Positions 1-9,693 of a DNA stretch of 64,000 nucleotides are shown here, in pieces. Every line of letters starts with the position of its first letter. The stretch's first letter is position 1. Origin of the DNA: an uncultured Pseudomonadota bacterium (GTDB lineage: Bacteria > Bacillota > Sulfobacillia > JAUYEF01); contig CAYQIY010000008.1 of the NCBI GenBank assembly GCA_964417635.1, positions 46,461 to 110,460 on the forward strand, written 5' to 3'. Made by a program: the position numbers and the translations under genes. Below the pieces are notes generated by a model, which made no database searches, had not been told where the DNA came from, and saw nothing but the letters and a program-made list of their open reading frames with translations.

Positions 1-2
1 TG

Positions 3-374
3 TTGCTGTCGAACTGGTCAATCGCTGCAGTGTATATTGTCGTTAGAGTCATAGGCAAGATGGGAGGGTGCTACCTCGGGGCTCGTATGTCCGGTGCAGA
101 TGAGAAGGTAAAGAAGCATCTTGGCACAGCGATGCTCACCAAGGCAGGACTGAGTCTTGGGCTTCTCATCTATGTTCAGCAGAAACTTGCTGGTGTTGAG
201 ATCGGTGCGCTGTTGACTGCTGTTGAACTAGCGGCCATTTCGTTCTATGAGATCGCAGGGCCGATCGGAGTTCGTTATGCGCTATTCAAGGTGGGTGAGG
301 CGCGAGAGCCGGAGTCTCGCGCAACTGTAATGTCCAAAGCTTCAGTCACCACTTCGACAAATGCTCAGTCCTGA
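3..374 (+). CDS. C-terminal fragment, truncated by the window edge, of a monovalent cation:proton antiporter (CPA/Kef-NhaP-like) membrane protein
   Basis: The ORF is open at the window start. It has hydrophobic TM segments and an AGPIGVRYALFKVGE-type C-terminal helix typical of CPA exchangers. The stop is at 372-374. Confidence 0.35.
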   Translation: MLSNWSIAAVYIVVRVIGKMGGCYLGARMSGADEKVKKHLGTAMLTKAGLSLGLLIYVQQKLAGVEIGALLTAVELAAISFYEIAGPIGVRYALFKVGEAREPESRATVMSKASVTTSTNAQS

Positions 375-453
375 CGAACACGTTGCCGAAGGAGTGTGTG
401 ACTTGTCTGAAGAAACTGCCCTGTACCAACGCGACCCGTGGAGTGAGGACGAG

Positions 454-906
454 ATGAGAGTAAGAGATGTCATGAACACGACAGTGGTAGTGATTGGGGA
501 AAAGGCATCTCTCCGAGAAGCGGCGGCACTAATGCTGAGCAATAGTGTAAGTGGCCTACCCGTTATCGACGGTCAGGGCAAGATTGTTGGCGTCATAAGC
601 GAGTCAGATATCATTCGAAGGCGTGAGGGTCTGCTGGCACACTGGCTTGAAGTTGAGACGTTTCTCGGTCGAAATCAGGCCGAGTCGGACGATGATATCG
701 AGGATCCGGAATACCTCAATTGCGTTGTCGAGGACGCGATGACCAGGAATCCGGTTTCAGTTGGACCAGATACGCCGGTACGAGAGGCTGCTCGGTTGAT
801 GGTCGCCCACAAGATCAACCGACTCCCTGTGGTCGACAAAGCACAGATAGTGGGGATTGTGACGAGGGGCGATATTATGCGGGCGTTTACCACTAGAACT
901 TCGTAG
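454..906 (+). CDS. CBS domain pair protein
   Basis: Two CBS repeats are visible: MRVRDVMNTTVVVIGEKASLREAAALM ... GLPVIDGQGKIVGVISESDI and VEDAMTRNPVSVGPDTPVREAARLM ... RLPVVDKAQIVGIVTRGDIM. The in-frame ATG at 454 gives the canonical CBS N-terminus. The longest ORF starts at 361. Confidence 0.8.
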   Translation: MRVRDVMNTTVVVIGEKASLREAAALMLSNSVSGLPVIDGQGKIVGVISESDIIRRREGLLAHWLEVETFLGRNQAESDDDIEDPEYLNCVVEDAMTRNPVSVGPDTPVREAARLMVAHKINRLPVVDKAQIVGIVTRGDIMRAFTTRTS

Positions 907-1058
907 CGAGGGCATTGGCGCAGCATAACTCCAGAGATCATGAGGCGATGGAGCTCGCCTTCAATACCGGGAGCCAGCCCGTAGTAGCTCCTACATGGCC
1001 CTTTGGTGGGCTATTGTCTTACAGACAGAAATCTCTCGTGAATCTGGAGGGTATGCGA

Positions 1059-1421
1059 ATGCACACTCTGAAGATCAACGTGTGTGAGCACACTTACAAA
1101 CTGCTTATGGAGACCGTGGAGGCTCGTTCGTGGAACTGGGACGATGGTTTGAGGCACTTGCTCCATCTTGGTATATACGCAGCCATGGCAGATACTGAGG
1201 CAGATGGAGCAGAGGAAAGTGTCCTGAACCGACTGACACATCTTGGCGCAGACTACGCTTCCATGAGATTCCGGCTCTTTGAGATTATCGAAGAGAACCG
1301 GGTGCTTCGCCTGAATCTGAACGGTCTCAAGTCTTCGCAGGAATCATATGAACTGCTGGTACAGAAACTGAGAGAAGAGATAGAAGACCTGAAGTCGAGA
1401 GGGGCGAGTCGCAGCGAATGA
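1059..1421 (+). CDS. hypothetical protein, possibly a ribbon-helix-helix DNA-binding fold plus a coiled-coil tail
   Basis: The N-terminus TLKINVCEHTYKLLMETVEA resembles a beta-strand/helix RHH motif. The C-terminal end is charged and heptad-like (ELLVQKLREEIEDLKSRG). GGAGG lies 8 nt before the ATG at 1059. The longest ORF starts at 915. Confidence 0.3.
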   Translation: MHTLKINVCEHTYKLLMETVEARSWNWDDGLRHLLHLGIYAAMADTEADGAEESVLNRLTHLGADYASMRFRLFEIIEENRVLRLNLNGLKSSQESYELLVQKLREEIEDLKSRGASRSE

Positions 1422-2171
1422 ACCTCTCGGGTTTCTGGAAATCACTGTGGTCTGTGCAATCAGAGAAAGCCGTAGCTGTCCCGTATGCATTCTTACGCGT
1501 GAATCAGGACTCAGGTATATGCGCTGGACGCTACACGAAAGCGTTAACGATAGAAGCTGCAGATCTAGATTCATTGCGTGCATGGAGTTCTAATCTGTTC
1601 ACTGGGTTTGAACCCTGCGGCAGGACGCGTCAAGGCCAACTATTCTAAGAGAATCAATGCTATCGCAGTCTGCCAAGTTCGTGCCGAATCAAGTTCTGCA
1701 GTGGTTGCCTCTACTCAACTTCGTATCAAGCGGTGTCGCCTTTTGCAGCAGGTACTGCAAACAGAAGTCTATTGAGCGATGTAGGCTGATCGTCAACAAG
1801 TGTGTTGAGGAATCAGGGAAACGGCAGTCAGGAATGCCAAGAAGATGAGTCTTACATGCAATTCCAGATTCCGCAAGCCGAAGCCAGTTCGTTCAGCGTA
1901 CACCCAGCGATATCTTGACTATGAGAATGATTTGCTGCATGCTCTTACTCAAGAGAGCAAGCTTTCTTAGTTGAAGGTGACTTTACTGACGCAAGAATCG
2001 GGCCCAACTTGAGGAAATGGCAGTGGGCTTCCGGGATACTCAATCGCACAAAGACACCAAGAAAGCCGCACATACCGAACAGTAGCAAACAGCAATCTAG
2101 CAGGGTTGCAAAGCGTCCAGAAGTGAAATATAATCGGTATGCTGGCCCAAAGAATCTTCGGAAGAAAACAT

Positions 2172-2258
2172 GCAGGCGTGGCGGAATTGGCAGACGCGCA
2201 AGACTTAGGATCTTGTGAGTGAACGCTCTTGTGGGTTCGAGTCCCACCGCCTGCACCA
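2172..2258 (+). tRNA. tRNA-Leu (anticodon TAG), encoded CCA
   Basis: The 7-bp acceptor stem is GCAGGCG/CGCCTGC. The anticodon loop CTTAGGA gives anticodon TAG. A long variable arm is present. The T-arm is GGTTCGAGTCC. The discriminator is A, followed by CCA. Confidence 0.9.
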
Positions 2259-2271
2259 TCTTTGTGTACGA

Positions 2272-2299
2272 AAGAGCCCTCCTGTAAAGAAGGGCTCTT
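2272..2299. terminator. 9-bp stem hairpin between the tRNA-Leu gene and the convergent S12 hydrolase gene (no clear U-tract)
   Basis: AAGAGCCCT-(10 nt loop)-AGGGCTCTT. Confidence 0.4.
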
Positions 2300-2312
2300 C
2301 TTGACTCGAATA

Positions 2313-3755
2313 TCAGCGAACCAACTTTGCGACTTCTTGCGGTTCACCTTTGCCTTTCGGAATTATCCGGAATCCGAAACTGACAGCCCAAACATCACCT
2401 CTTGTATTGGTCAGGAACCTGACAAACATCTCTTCTTCTTTCATCCTGAGCGCAAACATGTCGACGCCGATGGGCCGAGCATAATACTTTTTGGCTTCAG
2501 ACGTGATTTCAAGCTTATCTTCGGCTGCAGATACCTCAATGGCAGCGCCTTCACCGGAGATAAACATCCCTTCGTATCTGCTGAGCGTCTGCCGAGGACA
2601 TCCATAATGCTTGAACTCAAATCGCCGTGTTTCCACAGGTAGCCCCATCTCGACGTTGAGCGCGGCCAACGCCATTTGCGCTGATGGCACCCCAGCGAGA
2701 TTGGTCAACACCGCAACTGTTATGCCGTTTTCAGGGGCGCACGTTACTTGAGCAGATACGCCTTTTATGCCTCCACCGTGTTCAACAAGAGATACTCCGT
2801 GGTAATTAGGGTGTACCGCCAGGCCGTAGCCGTAGAACATGTTTGGCTGCGGCTGAGAGTGGAGCATCAGCATTCTTCTGAGGTTCCTAGTAGAGAGTAT
2901 GCGTGTTCCGTTGCGCTCGCCGCCTGCGCGGTAGATCTCCATGTATTTCAGCAGGTCGGGCACCGTTGAACGAAGAAAGCCTGCTGGGGACATCGCCGGC
3001 GCTTCCCACCAGCCGGGTGAGCGGAGTACCTGCTCTTTGCCTTCCTCGTCTTTTGAGATGTAGAGCATTGTAACTTCCGGAAAAGACTGCATTTTTTCAA
3101 CGTCGAAAGTCGAGTGGTGCATTTCGAGAGGTTTCAGTATGTTCTGGACGACGTAATCCTCGTACTTGATCCCGCTTACTCGTTCAACGATAGCGCCTAG
3201 CAGTGCCCATCCATCATTTGAGTAACTGAAGAACTGGCCAGTTGGACCAAGCAGCTCTATGTCCAGGTTCTTGATGAACTCCATCAATTCTTCGTAGCTG
3301 TTTATCTCGTCCAACTGCTTGAGCTTCTCAAATTGAGGGGATTCTATCACGCTCTGGTCTTGCTTCATGCTCTTGGCCATAGCGCCAAAAAGTGAAGGAA
3401 GAGGTGCGAGCCCGGAGGTGTGAGTGAGAAAGTGGTGGATCGTGATGCTGTTGTGCGCATCAGTCTTGCCCACACGGAATTCGGGCAGGTGCTTTACCAC
3501 AAGGTCGTCCACGCCAAGTTTGCCTTGTTCTTCAAGCTGCATGATCGCAACTGCGGTAAAAGATTTGGTTATTGAGCCGATGCCATAGACGGTGTCAGGT
3601 GTTGCCTCGAGTTTCTCCTCTCTATCTCTCCAGCCAAATCCCTTTGAGTAGACAGTCTTGCCGTCTCTTGCCACGGCCACCGATGCTCCGGGAAGCGAAT
3701 ACACATCCATGACCTTTGCCATGTAATCTTCGAACGGCTTCCAGCGGTCTGCCAC
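2313..3755 (-). CDS. serine hydrolase of the beta-lactamase/penicillin-binding-protein fold (peptidase family S12, D-aminopeptidase/esterase-like)
   Basis: The S-x-x-K active-site motif GIGSITKSFTAVAIM lies near the N-terminus. The protein is about 480 aa with the class-C/DD-peptidase-like architecture. Confidence 0.8.
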   Translation of the reverse strand: MADRWKPFEDYMAKVMDVYSLPGASVAVARDGKTVYSKGFGWRDREEKLEATPDTVYGIGSITKSFTAVAIMQLEEQGKLGVDDLVVKHLPEFRVGKTDAHNSITIHHFLTHTSGLAPLPSLFGAMAKSMKQDQSVIESPQFEKLKQLDEINSYEELMEFIKNLDIELLGPTGQFFSYSNDGWALLGAIVERVSGIKYEDYVVQNILKPLEMHHSTFDVEKMQSFPEVTMLYISKDEEGKEQVLRSPGWWEAPAMSPAGFLRSTVPDLLKYMEIYRAGGERNGTRILSTRNLRRMLMLHSQPQPNMFYGYGLAVHPNYHGVSLVEHGGGIKGVSAQVTCAPENGITVAVLTNLAGVPSAQMALAALNVEMGLPVETRRFEFKHYGCPRQTLSRYEGMFISGEGAAIEVSAAEDKLEITSEAKKYYARPIGVDMFALRMKEEEMFVRFLTNTRGDVWAVSFGFRIIPKGKGEPQEVAKLVR

Positions 3756-3781
3756 AGAATACTCTCCTTTCGAGTGTCGTT

Positions 3782-5756
3782 TCAGTTCTTGGTGTGTGCC
3801 TCAAACCATCTGAGCGATCGGTCGAGGTAATCGACTCGGTAACTCGGTTTTCCTGTCAGGATGAACAAGTGGCTCGAGTTAGGATAGCGCACAAGTTCTG
3901 CGGGTTTACCCATTCGCTTAAGCGCCACGTACATCTGCTCCGCCTGGTCGATAGGACACCTGTCGTCTCTTTCGCCGTGCAGAAACAGCGTTGGTGTCGT
4001 AACGTTTGCAGCGTACATGAGAGGTGAGTGCCTTAGAAGTTCATCGATGCTCTCCCATGGCGGCCCGCCGATTTCTGCCTCCATGAAGCCGTAGCCTATG
4101 TCTGCAGAACCGTAGAAACTGTGCAGGTTGGACACACAGCCTCCAGAGACAGCGGCTCGGAAGCGGTTTGTGTGCGTTATTATCCAGTTTGTCATGAACC
4201 CACCGTAACTGTAACCCGTGACACAAAGTCTTTCCGGGTCGGCTATGCCCTGCTCTACCAGCAACTCGACCGCTGCCATTATATCCTTATAATCCATGCC
4301 ACCCCAGTCCTTGATGCAACCGCGCGCAAACTCGGTACCATACGACTGGCTACCCCTGGGATTGGTGTAAAGCACTGCATATCCTTTTGCCGCCAAGCAC
4401 TGGTACGCATGATGGTACGCCGCTCCGAACGCGCCGTGAGGACCACCGTGGATGTGCAGCACGAGTGGGAATGGTCCTTCTCCTTCGGGCCTGATGACCC
4501 ACGCCTGAACAGAGAGGCCATCACTGGCGGTGTAGTTGAGCTCTTCTGTAGGGCGCATGGCAGTTTCTGCGAAATAGCATGCGTTGACGTCAGTGCCTCT
4601 TGTCTCCTCACAGCCCGGCTTCTTGTAATACACTTCCGGAGCTCTTCCGGGATCAGATACGGTGTAGGCAAGCGTACCGTCTGCTGCCGCCGAAAACGCT
4701 GTAACGTTACGGTTCTTACCGCCGGTGATACACGTTGTAGCGAGCGTCTTGCACTCGATCTCGTGTATTTCGCACTGTCCTTCACTGCCTAGCATCGTGA
4801 TGACTTTCTTGCCATCTGCACTCCACACCGGAGTTGAGCGGTTATCGAACGCACTGATGTCCCCGGCGTCCGCAGGTGTAAATGGCCTGTCGAGATGGCC
4901 GGAGAGATCTGACAACTCGCCCGTGGCCACGTCTATCGCCCAGATGCCCGGAGTGTGGTGGTCCCACGTGGGGCCACGGCCCGACGCAACAAGCAGCCGA
5001 GTACCACACGCCGACCACTGCGCAGACGAAGGCCACAGCCCATTGAATCCGCCGCACAACATACGATACTCACCCGACTCGATGTCGAGTATGTATAGAT
5101 CGGCAATTGGGTTTATGTCTGCATCCTCGGATCTGCGAGATATGAGCGCCAGTCGCTTTGAGTCAGGAGACCAGCTCGGCGCGCCGTGGTCGTACTCACC
5201 CGATGTTACCTGCCTGGGCTCATCTGACCCGTCCGCAGATGTAATGTACACGTGTTGCCGGTAGGCTCCGAGCACTCCGGCACCGTCTAACTTATGGAAA
5301 AGACGGGTAGAGTGCTTTATCTCGCTGGGTTCGGCAAGAGCTTCCCCTGGCGTCGCCGCTCCGAGCGCGGTGACTGCTATTTGCGTGCCGTCTGGGTTCC
5401 AGATCGCTGCGCTCGAGAGTCCCTTCAGGTCTTTCGTCACCTGATAAGCTTCTCCGCCGCGCGCAAAAGGAAGTACCCATATCTGATTCGTGCCGCCACG
5501 GTCGGAGGTGAACGCCAGCAGGTCGCCGCCGGGTGACCAACGCGGATGCACATTGGTCTTGCCGGATCTGGTGAGACGCACACTCTGGTGCTCTTCGAGC
5601 GAGAGAAGCCATATCGACGAAAGATAGCCATCAGACTCACGATCTGCCTCTGTGATACGATACGCAATCCACTTTCCTGAGGGGTGCACTTGAGGGTCAG
5701 ACACCATCTTGATGCGGTAGATGTCGTCAAAAAGCGGTGGCTTCAATCTGTCTCCT
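3782..5756 (-). CDS. S9 family serine peptidase (prolyl oligopeptidase/acylaminoacyl-peptidase type) with an N-terminal beta-propeller
   Basis: WSPDG-type propeller repeats are present. The GxSxGG nucleophile elbow is GYSYGGFMT, and a downstream Asp/His region is present. A TTG start at 5756 is preceded by GGAGGAG at 5 nt spacing and avoids overlap with the thiolase gene. The longest ORF runs to 5851. Confidence 0.85.
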
Positions 5757-5799
5757 CCTCGTTGTGCCGGCCGCCCGGCGTGTATTGTTTGGATACCTG

Positions 5800-7002
5800 C
5801 TATGCTATGCTCTCTGTTATGACGGACATACCCATGCCTCCGTTGATGCACGCGGTGGCAAGCCCAAACCTGGCGTTATGCCTGGGCATCGAGTGAGTAA
5901 GCGCCACTAGCAACCTAACGCCTGTCATGCCTATCGGGTGGCCGAGCGCTATGGCACCGCCGTTTACGTTCGCTCTCTCGCGGTCGTAACCCAACTCCAT
6001 TTCGCATGCAAGCACCTGCGGGCTGAAAGCTTCGTTGATCTCTATGAGATCTATATCCCCCATATCAAGCGATGCCTCTTGCAGAGCCTTCTGGGTCGAG
6101 GGTACCGGCCCGAGACCCATGTAATTCGGATCACATCCTACTGATGCAATCGAAACCAATGCGACCCTAGGTATTACATTCATCTGTTTGGCGGCTCTGC
6201 TCGACATGATCAGCACAGCTGCTGCCCCGTCGGCGATACCTGAGGCGCTTGCAGCCGTGACAATGCCATCTTCACTGAAGACAGGCCTCAGCCGCGAAAG
6301 AGCCTCTGGCGTGGTATCGGCGCGAGGGTGCTCATCCTGCGAAAACACAAGTGGTGCACCTTTTCTGGTAGGCACTGCAACTGGGATGATCTCGTCTGAA
6401 AGTCGTCCATCTGAAATCGCCTCTTGCACGCGTTGCTGGGACAACACTGCATAAGCGTCGCTTGCTTTTCGAGTGATAGCATAGCGCTTAGCAACGTTCT
6501 CCGCCGTAAGCCCCATGTGCTGCTTGGTGATAGCGCACATAAAGCCGTCTTTGTGAAGCGCATCGTGCAGCGTATCGCTGCCGAGTTTGTATCCCCATCT
6601 TGCGCCGGTGAGTAGGTACGGCACCTGGCTCATTGACTCGGCGCCGACTACCAGTACCACATCTGACGCCTTGGTTGCTATTGACTGACAAGCTGTTTCT
6701 ATAGCTTTGAGACCTGAGCCGCACGCCATGTTGACCGTCCAGCCGGGTACATGTTCTGGAATCCCCAGAAGCGGAACCAGCGCTCTTCCAGGGTTTGGGC
6801 CGGTACCGGCCTGGCGGGCGCACGAGAGGATGACTTCATCTATTCTATCCGGCTCGATCCCTGCTCGCTCAATTGCGTGCTTACCCGCTATCTCGGCGAG
6901 CGACAACATCGAAAAGCCAGAAAGACTACCTCCGAACTTGCCTATTGCGGTTCGCACCGCAGATACTACTACCGGAGCATCACAACCAAAATACATAGGC
7001 AA
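5800..7002 (-). CDS. acetyl-CoA C-acetyltransferase (thiolase II)
   Basis: VVVSAVRTAIGKFGGSLS and NMACGSGLKAIE (active-site Cys) are present. The C-terminal end is ALGHPIGMTGVRLL ... CINGGMG. Confidence 0.9.
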   Translation of the reverse strand: MPMYFGCDAPVVVSAVRTAIGKFGGSLSGFSMLSLAEIAGKHAIERAGIEPDRIDEVILSCARQAGTGPNPGRALVPLLGIPEHVPGWTVNMACGSGLKAIETACQSIATKASDVVLVVGAESMSQVPYLLTGARWGYKLGSDTLHDALHKDGFMCAITKQHMGLTAENVAKRYAITRKASDAYAVLSQQRVQEAISDGRLSDEIIPVAVPTRKGAPLVFSQDEHPRADTTPEALSRLRPVFSEDGIVTAASASGIADGAAAVLIMSSRAAKQMNVIPRVALVSIASVGCDPNYMGLGPVPSTQKALQEASLDMGDIDLIEINEAFSPQVLACEMELGYDRERANVNGGAIALGHPIGMTGVRLLVALTHSMPRHNARFGLATACINGGMGMSVITESIA

Positions 7003-7021
7003 TACCTCCCAGAATGCTGGG

Positions 7022-8248
7022 TTATATGACTTTCTGCTCGCGCAGCACTGCTATCTGGTCTTTCGTATACCCAAGGCTCATAAGTATTTCGTCGGTGTGC
7101 TGCCCGAGAGCAGGTGCAGCGCACCCGAGTACTTCTGCCGCCCTGGAAAGCCTCACAGGTGTACGCGCAAATTTCTTCTTGCCCACAAGTGGGTCGTCGA
7201 CTTCAACAAGCATGCGCCTGGCCTTAACGTGCTCACACTTGAATATGTCCTCTGCAGTTTGCACGGGACCTGTGGGCACACCGGCTGCCATTAGTCGCTC
7301 AACCACCTGTTGTTTGGTCTGTGCCTTCATCCAGTCTTCTAATGTTTGCCTTACGAACTCATCGTTTTGAGCGCGTGCGGGGCCGGTAATAGTGCGCGGG
7401 TCTTCTATTAGGTCTTCTCTACCGATCACTGTAGCAAGTCTTCTCCAAAGCTCGTCAGTGGGTATGTTAAGCGCCACATATCCGTCGTCGCACAAGAACG
7501 CGCCTCTAGGGCCGTTTATAGTCTCTTTGCCTCGCATCGGTATCTCGCCCGTGAGTGAGTACTGAGCTATGGCACGCTCGTTCAGCGCCAGGAGAGAATC
7601 ATACATTGCGGTGTCAACGAACTGGCCCACGCCTGTACGCTCACGCTCCCATAGAGCGAACATTATGCCGAGTGCTGTCACCATGCCTGAATAGGTGTCG
7701 GCAAGCCCGTACATGGTGGTTACAGGCGGCTTGTCTTTGAAGCCTATCATGTGCATTACTCCGCCCATAGCCTCAGACACGATGTCAAATGCGGGCCACT
7801 TGCTGTAAGGGCCCTCGTACTCAGATGACTGACCAAACCCGCTTATGGCAGCGTATATGAGCCTTGGGTTCACTTGAGACAGGTGCTCGTAGCCAAGCCC
7901 GAGTTTTGCCATTGTGCCCGGCCGAAAGTTTTCAACAAGCACGTCTGCGTCTTGTGCCATTTGCTCTAGGATGCGTTTTCCTTCGGGGTGCTGCATGTTA
8001 AGAGTTACGCTCTTCTTGTTGCGGCTATATTGCAGGAAGCCGCCACTTACCTGAGTCTTTCCATCCTTGGCTTTGACGTATGGACCAATGGTGCGTCTGG
8101 GGTCGCCTGAGCCCGGTCTTTCGATCTTTATGACCTCTGCTCCGGCATCTGCGAGCAGCATGGTGCAGTAAGGCCCGGCTATGTATTGCTCGACCGCGAG
8201 TACCCGCAGTCCTTCAAGCGGTCGTGTCTTCTCTGGTGTCTCGTGCAT
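7022..8248 (-). CDS. family III CoA-transferase (CaiB/BaiF/formyl-CoA transferase type)
   Basis: LEGLRVLAVEQYIAGPYCTMLLADAGAEVIKIERPGSGD is the signature N-terminus of the CoA_transf_3 family. Confidence 0.85.
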   Translation of the reverse strand: MHETPEKTRPLEGLRVLAVEQYIAGPYCTMLLADAGAEVIKIERPGSGDPRRTIGPYVKAKDGKTQVSGGFLQYSRNKKSVTLNMQHPEGKRILEQMAQDADVLVENFRPGTMAKLGLGYEHLSQVNPRLIYAAISGFGQSSEYEGPYSKWPAFDIVSEAMGGVMHMIGFKDKPPVTTMYGLADTYSGMVTALGIMFALWERERTGVGQFVDTAMYDSLLALNERAIAQYSLTGEIPMRGKETINGPRGAFLCDDGYVALNIPTDELWRRLATVIGREDLIEDPRTITGPARAQNDEFVRQTLEDWMKAQTKQQVVERLMAAGVPTGPVQTAEDIFKCEHVKARRMLVEVDDPLVGKKKFARTPVRLSRAAEVLGCAAPALGQHTDEILMSLGYTKDQIAVLREQKVI

Positions 8249-8271
8249 TATCTTGCCTCCCAGGGTAAGCG

Positions 8272-9645
8272 TTAGGTACAGATGGTGTTCTCAAGCTCAC
8301 GTTCTAAGTCCTGCAGCCCGAGATTAAGACGTCTCACAAGCTCTGTGACCTCGTCTTTCGTGATAGTAAGCGGCGGTCCCACTAGCACGTGATCACCTGA
8401 TGTGCCGTCTGCATGGCCGCTCCCGGGGTATACAACGAGACCATGCGCCATGCACTTTCTGGTGAGTCGCTCTGCTATTTGCATATCAGGAGGGAACGGT
8501 CTACGGCTCTCTTTGTGCTGTACTAGTTCGACTGCCATGAAGAGTCCCTTTCCACGAATGTCTCCTACGATCTGGCTCTCGTAGAGAGCCTGTGCTTCGT
8601 TATGCATGTGTTCACCCATGATTCTTGAGTTTTGGTCAAGACGGTGTTTGGAGTAGTAGTTCAGCACAGCTACCCCGGTGGCTGCAGAAAGCGGGTTTGT
8701 ACCATAAGTGTGTCCGTGCGTGAACTTGCCCGAACCGTCATATAGCACCCTGTGCAGTTTCTCGCGTACAACCATTGCTCCAAGGGGCGAGTAGCCCGCG
8801 CTCATACCTTTTGCGCACGCCATTATGTCTGGTACCACTGCGTAGTGGTCGACGGCGAAATGCGCACCTGTCCTGCCGAATCCGGTCATCACCTCGTCCG
8901 CGATGAGAAGCACATCATAGCACGAGCAGATCTGTCTAACTATAGGCCAGTAGTCTTCGACAGGGGGAACGGCGCCTGATGCAGCACCGATGAACGGCTC
9001 GGCGATGAACGCTGCCACGTTCTCCGGGCCGTACTCAAGTATCTTCTCTTCGAGAGCGTGTGCGCACTTCGTACCGCAGCCGGGATAAGTAAGGCCATAG
9101 TGACACCGGTAACAGTAACACGCCGGTATGTGCGGGAAAGCCACCAGCATGGGGCTGTACTTCTGCCTTCGGGGCATATGGCCTGTAACAGATAGTGCCC
9201 CCAGCGTGTTGCCGTGAAAGCCGTGCCAACGCGAAATTATCTGATGCTTTTTAGTGTCCTTGCCATCCCTCTCAATAAAATACGTCCTGGCGAACTTGAT
9301 GCATGCCTCGACCGCCTCGGAGCCTCCGGATACGAGGTACACACGAGACAGATCCGCCGGCGCAAGGTTTGCCACCATCTGAGCGAGCTGCATTGCCGGA
9401 ACTGTCGTGAAGCGCGAGCCATGGGTAAACGCCACTTTGCGCGCCTGCTCTGTAATAGCCTCGACGACTTCTTCTACACCGTGGCCGATGTTGACAACCT
9501 GTGAACCAGAGCAGCCATCAATGTACTCGCGATCTTCATAGTCGTACAGGTAGATGCCCTTAGCTCTTGTGATTACGGCGTAGTCTCGCTTAACGTCTCT
9601 TAGGAACACGTGGTCGCCATACTTGTCAAAATACTGCTTATGCAC
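8272..9645 (-). CDS. class III pyridoxal-phosphate aminotransferase (omega/beta-amino acid or 3-aminobutyryl-CoA aminotransferase-like)
   Basis: LVSGGSEAVEACIKFAR, LIADEVMTGFGRTG and the lysine region CAKGMSAGYSPLGA are typical of aminotransferase class III. Confidence 0.85.
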   Translation of the reverse strand: MHKQYFDKYGDHVFLRDVKRDYAVITRAKGIYLYDYEDREYIDGCSGSQVVNIGHGVEEVVEAITEQARKVAFTHGSRFTTVPAMQLAQMVANLAPADLSRVYLVSGGSEAVEACIKFARTYFIERDGKDTKKHQIISRWHGFHGNTLGALSVTGHMPRRQKYSPMLVAFPHIPACYCYRCHYGLTYPGCGTKCAHALEEKILEYGPENVAAFIAEPFIGAASGAVPPVEDYWPIVRQICSCYDVLLIADEVMTGFGRTGAHFAVDHYAVVPDIMACAKGMSAGYSPLGAMVVREKLHRVLYDGSGKFTHGHTYGTNPLSAATGVAVLNYYSKHRLDQNSRIMGEHMHNEAQALYESQIVGDIRGKGLFMAVELVQHKESRRPFPPDMQIAERLTRKCMAHGLVVYPGSGHADGTSGDHVLVGPPLTITKDEVTELVRRLNLGLQDLERELENTICT

Positions 9646-9693
9646 GTCCTGGCCTCCTCGCCATCACAAAACTTGAAACAGGTTAGACACCAC

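Noticed and set aside
1590-1640. tRNA-like T-arm (GGGTTTGAACCC) in the GC-poor spacer
   Set aside because: I could not fold a complete cloverleaf (no acceptor/anticodon arms) around it. I retain it only as a note in the spacer finding.
5757-5851. Extended N-terminus of the S9 peptidase overlapping the thiolase gene by 52 bp
   Set aside because: A TTG with GGAGGAG at optimal spacing (5756) gives a canonical N-terminus and removes the overlap. The longer ORF is probably an artefact of choosing the first possible start.
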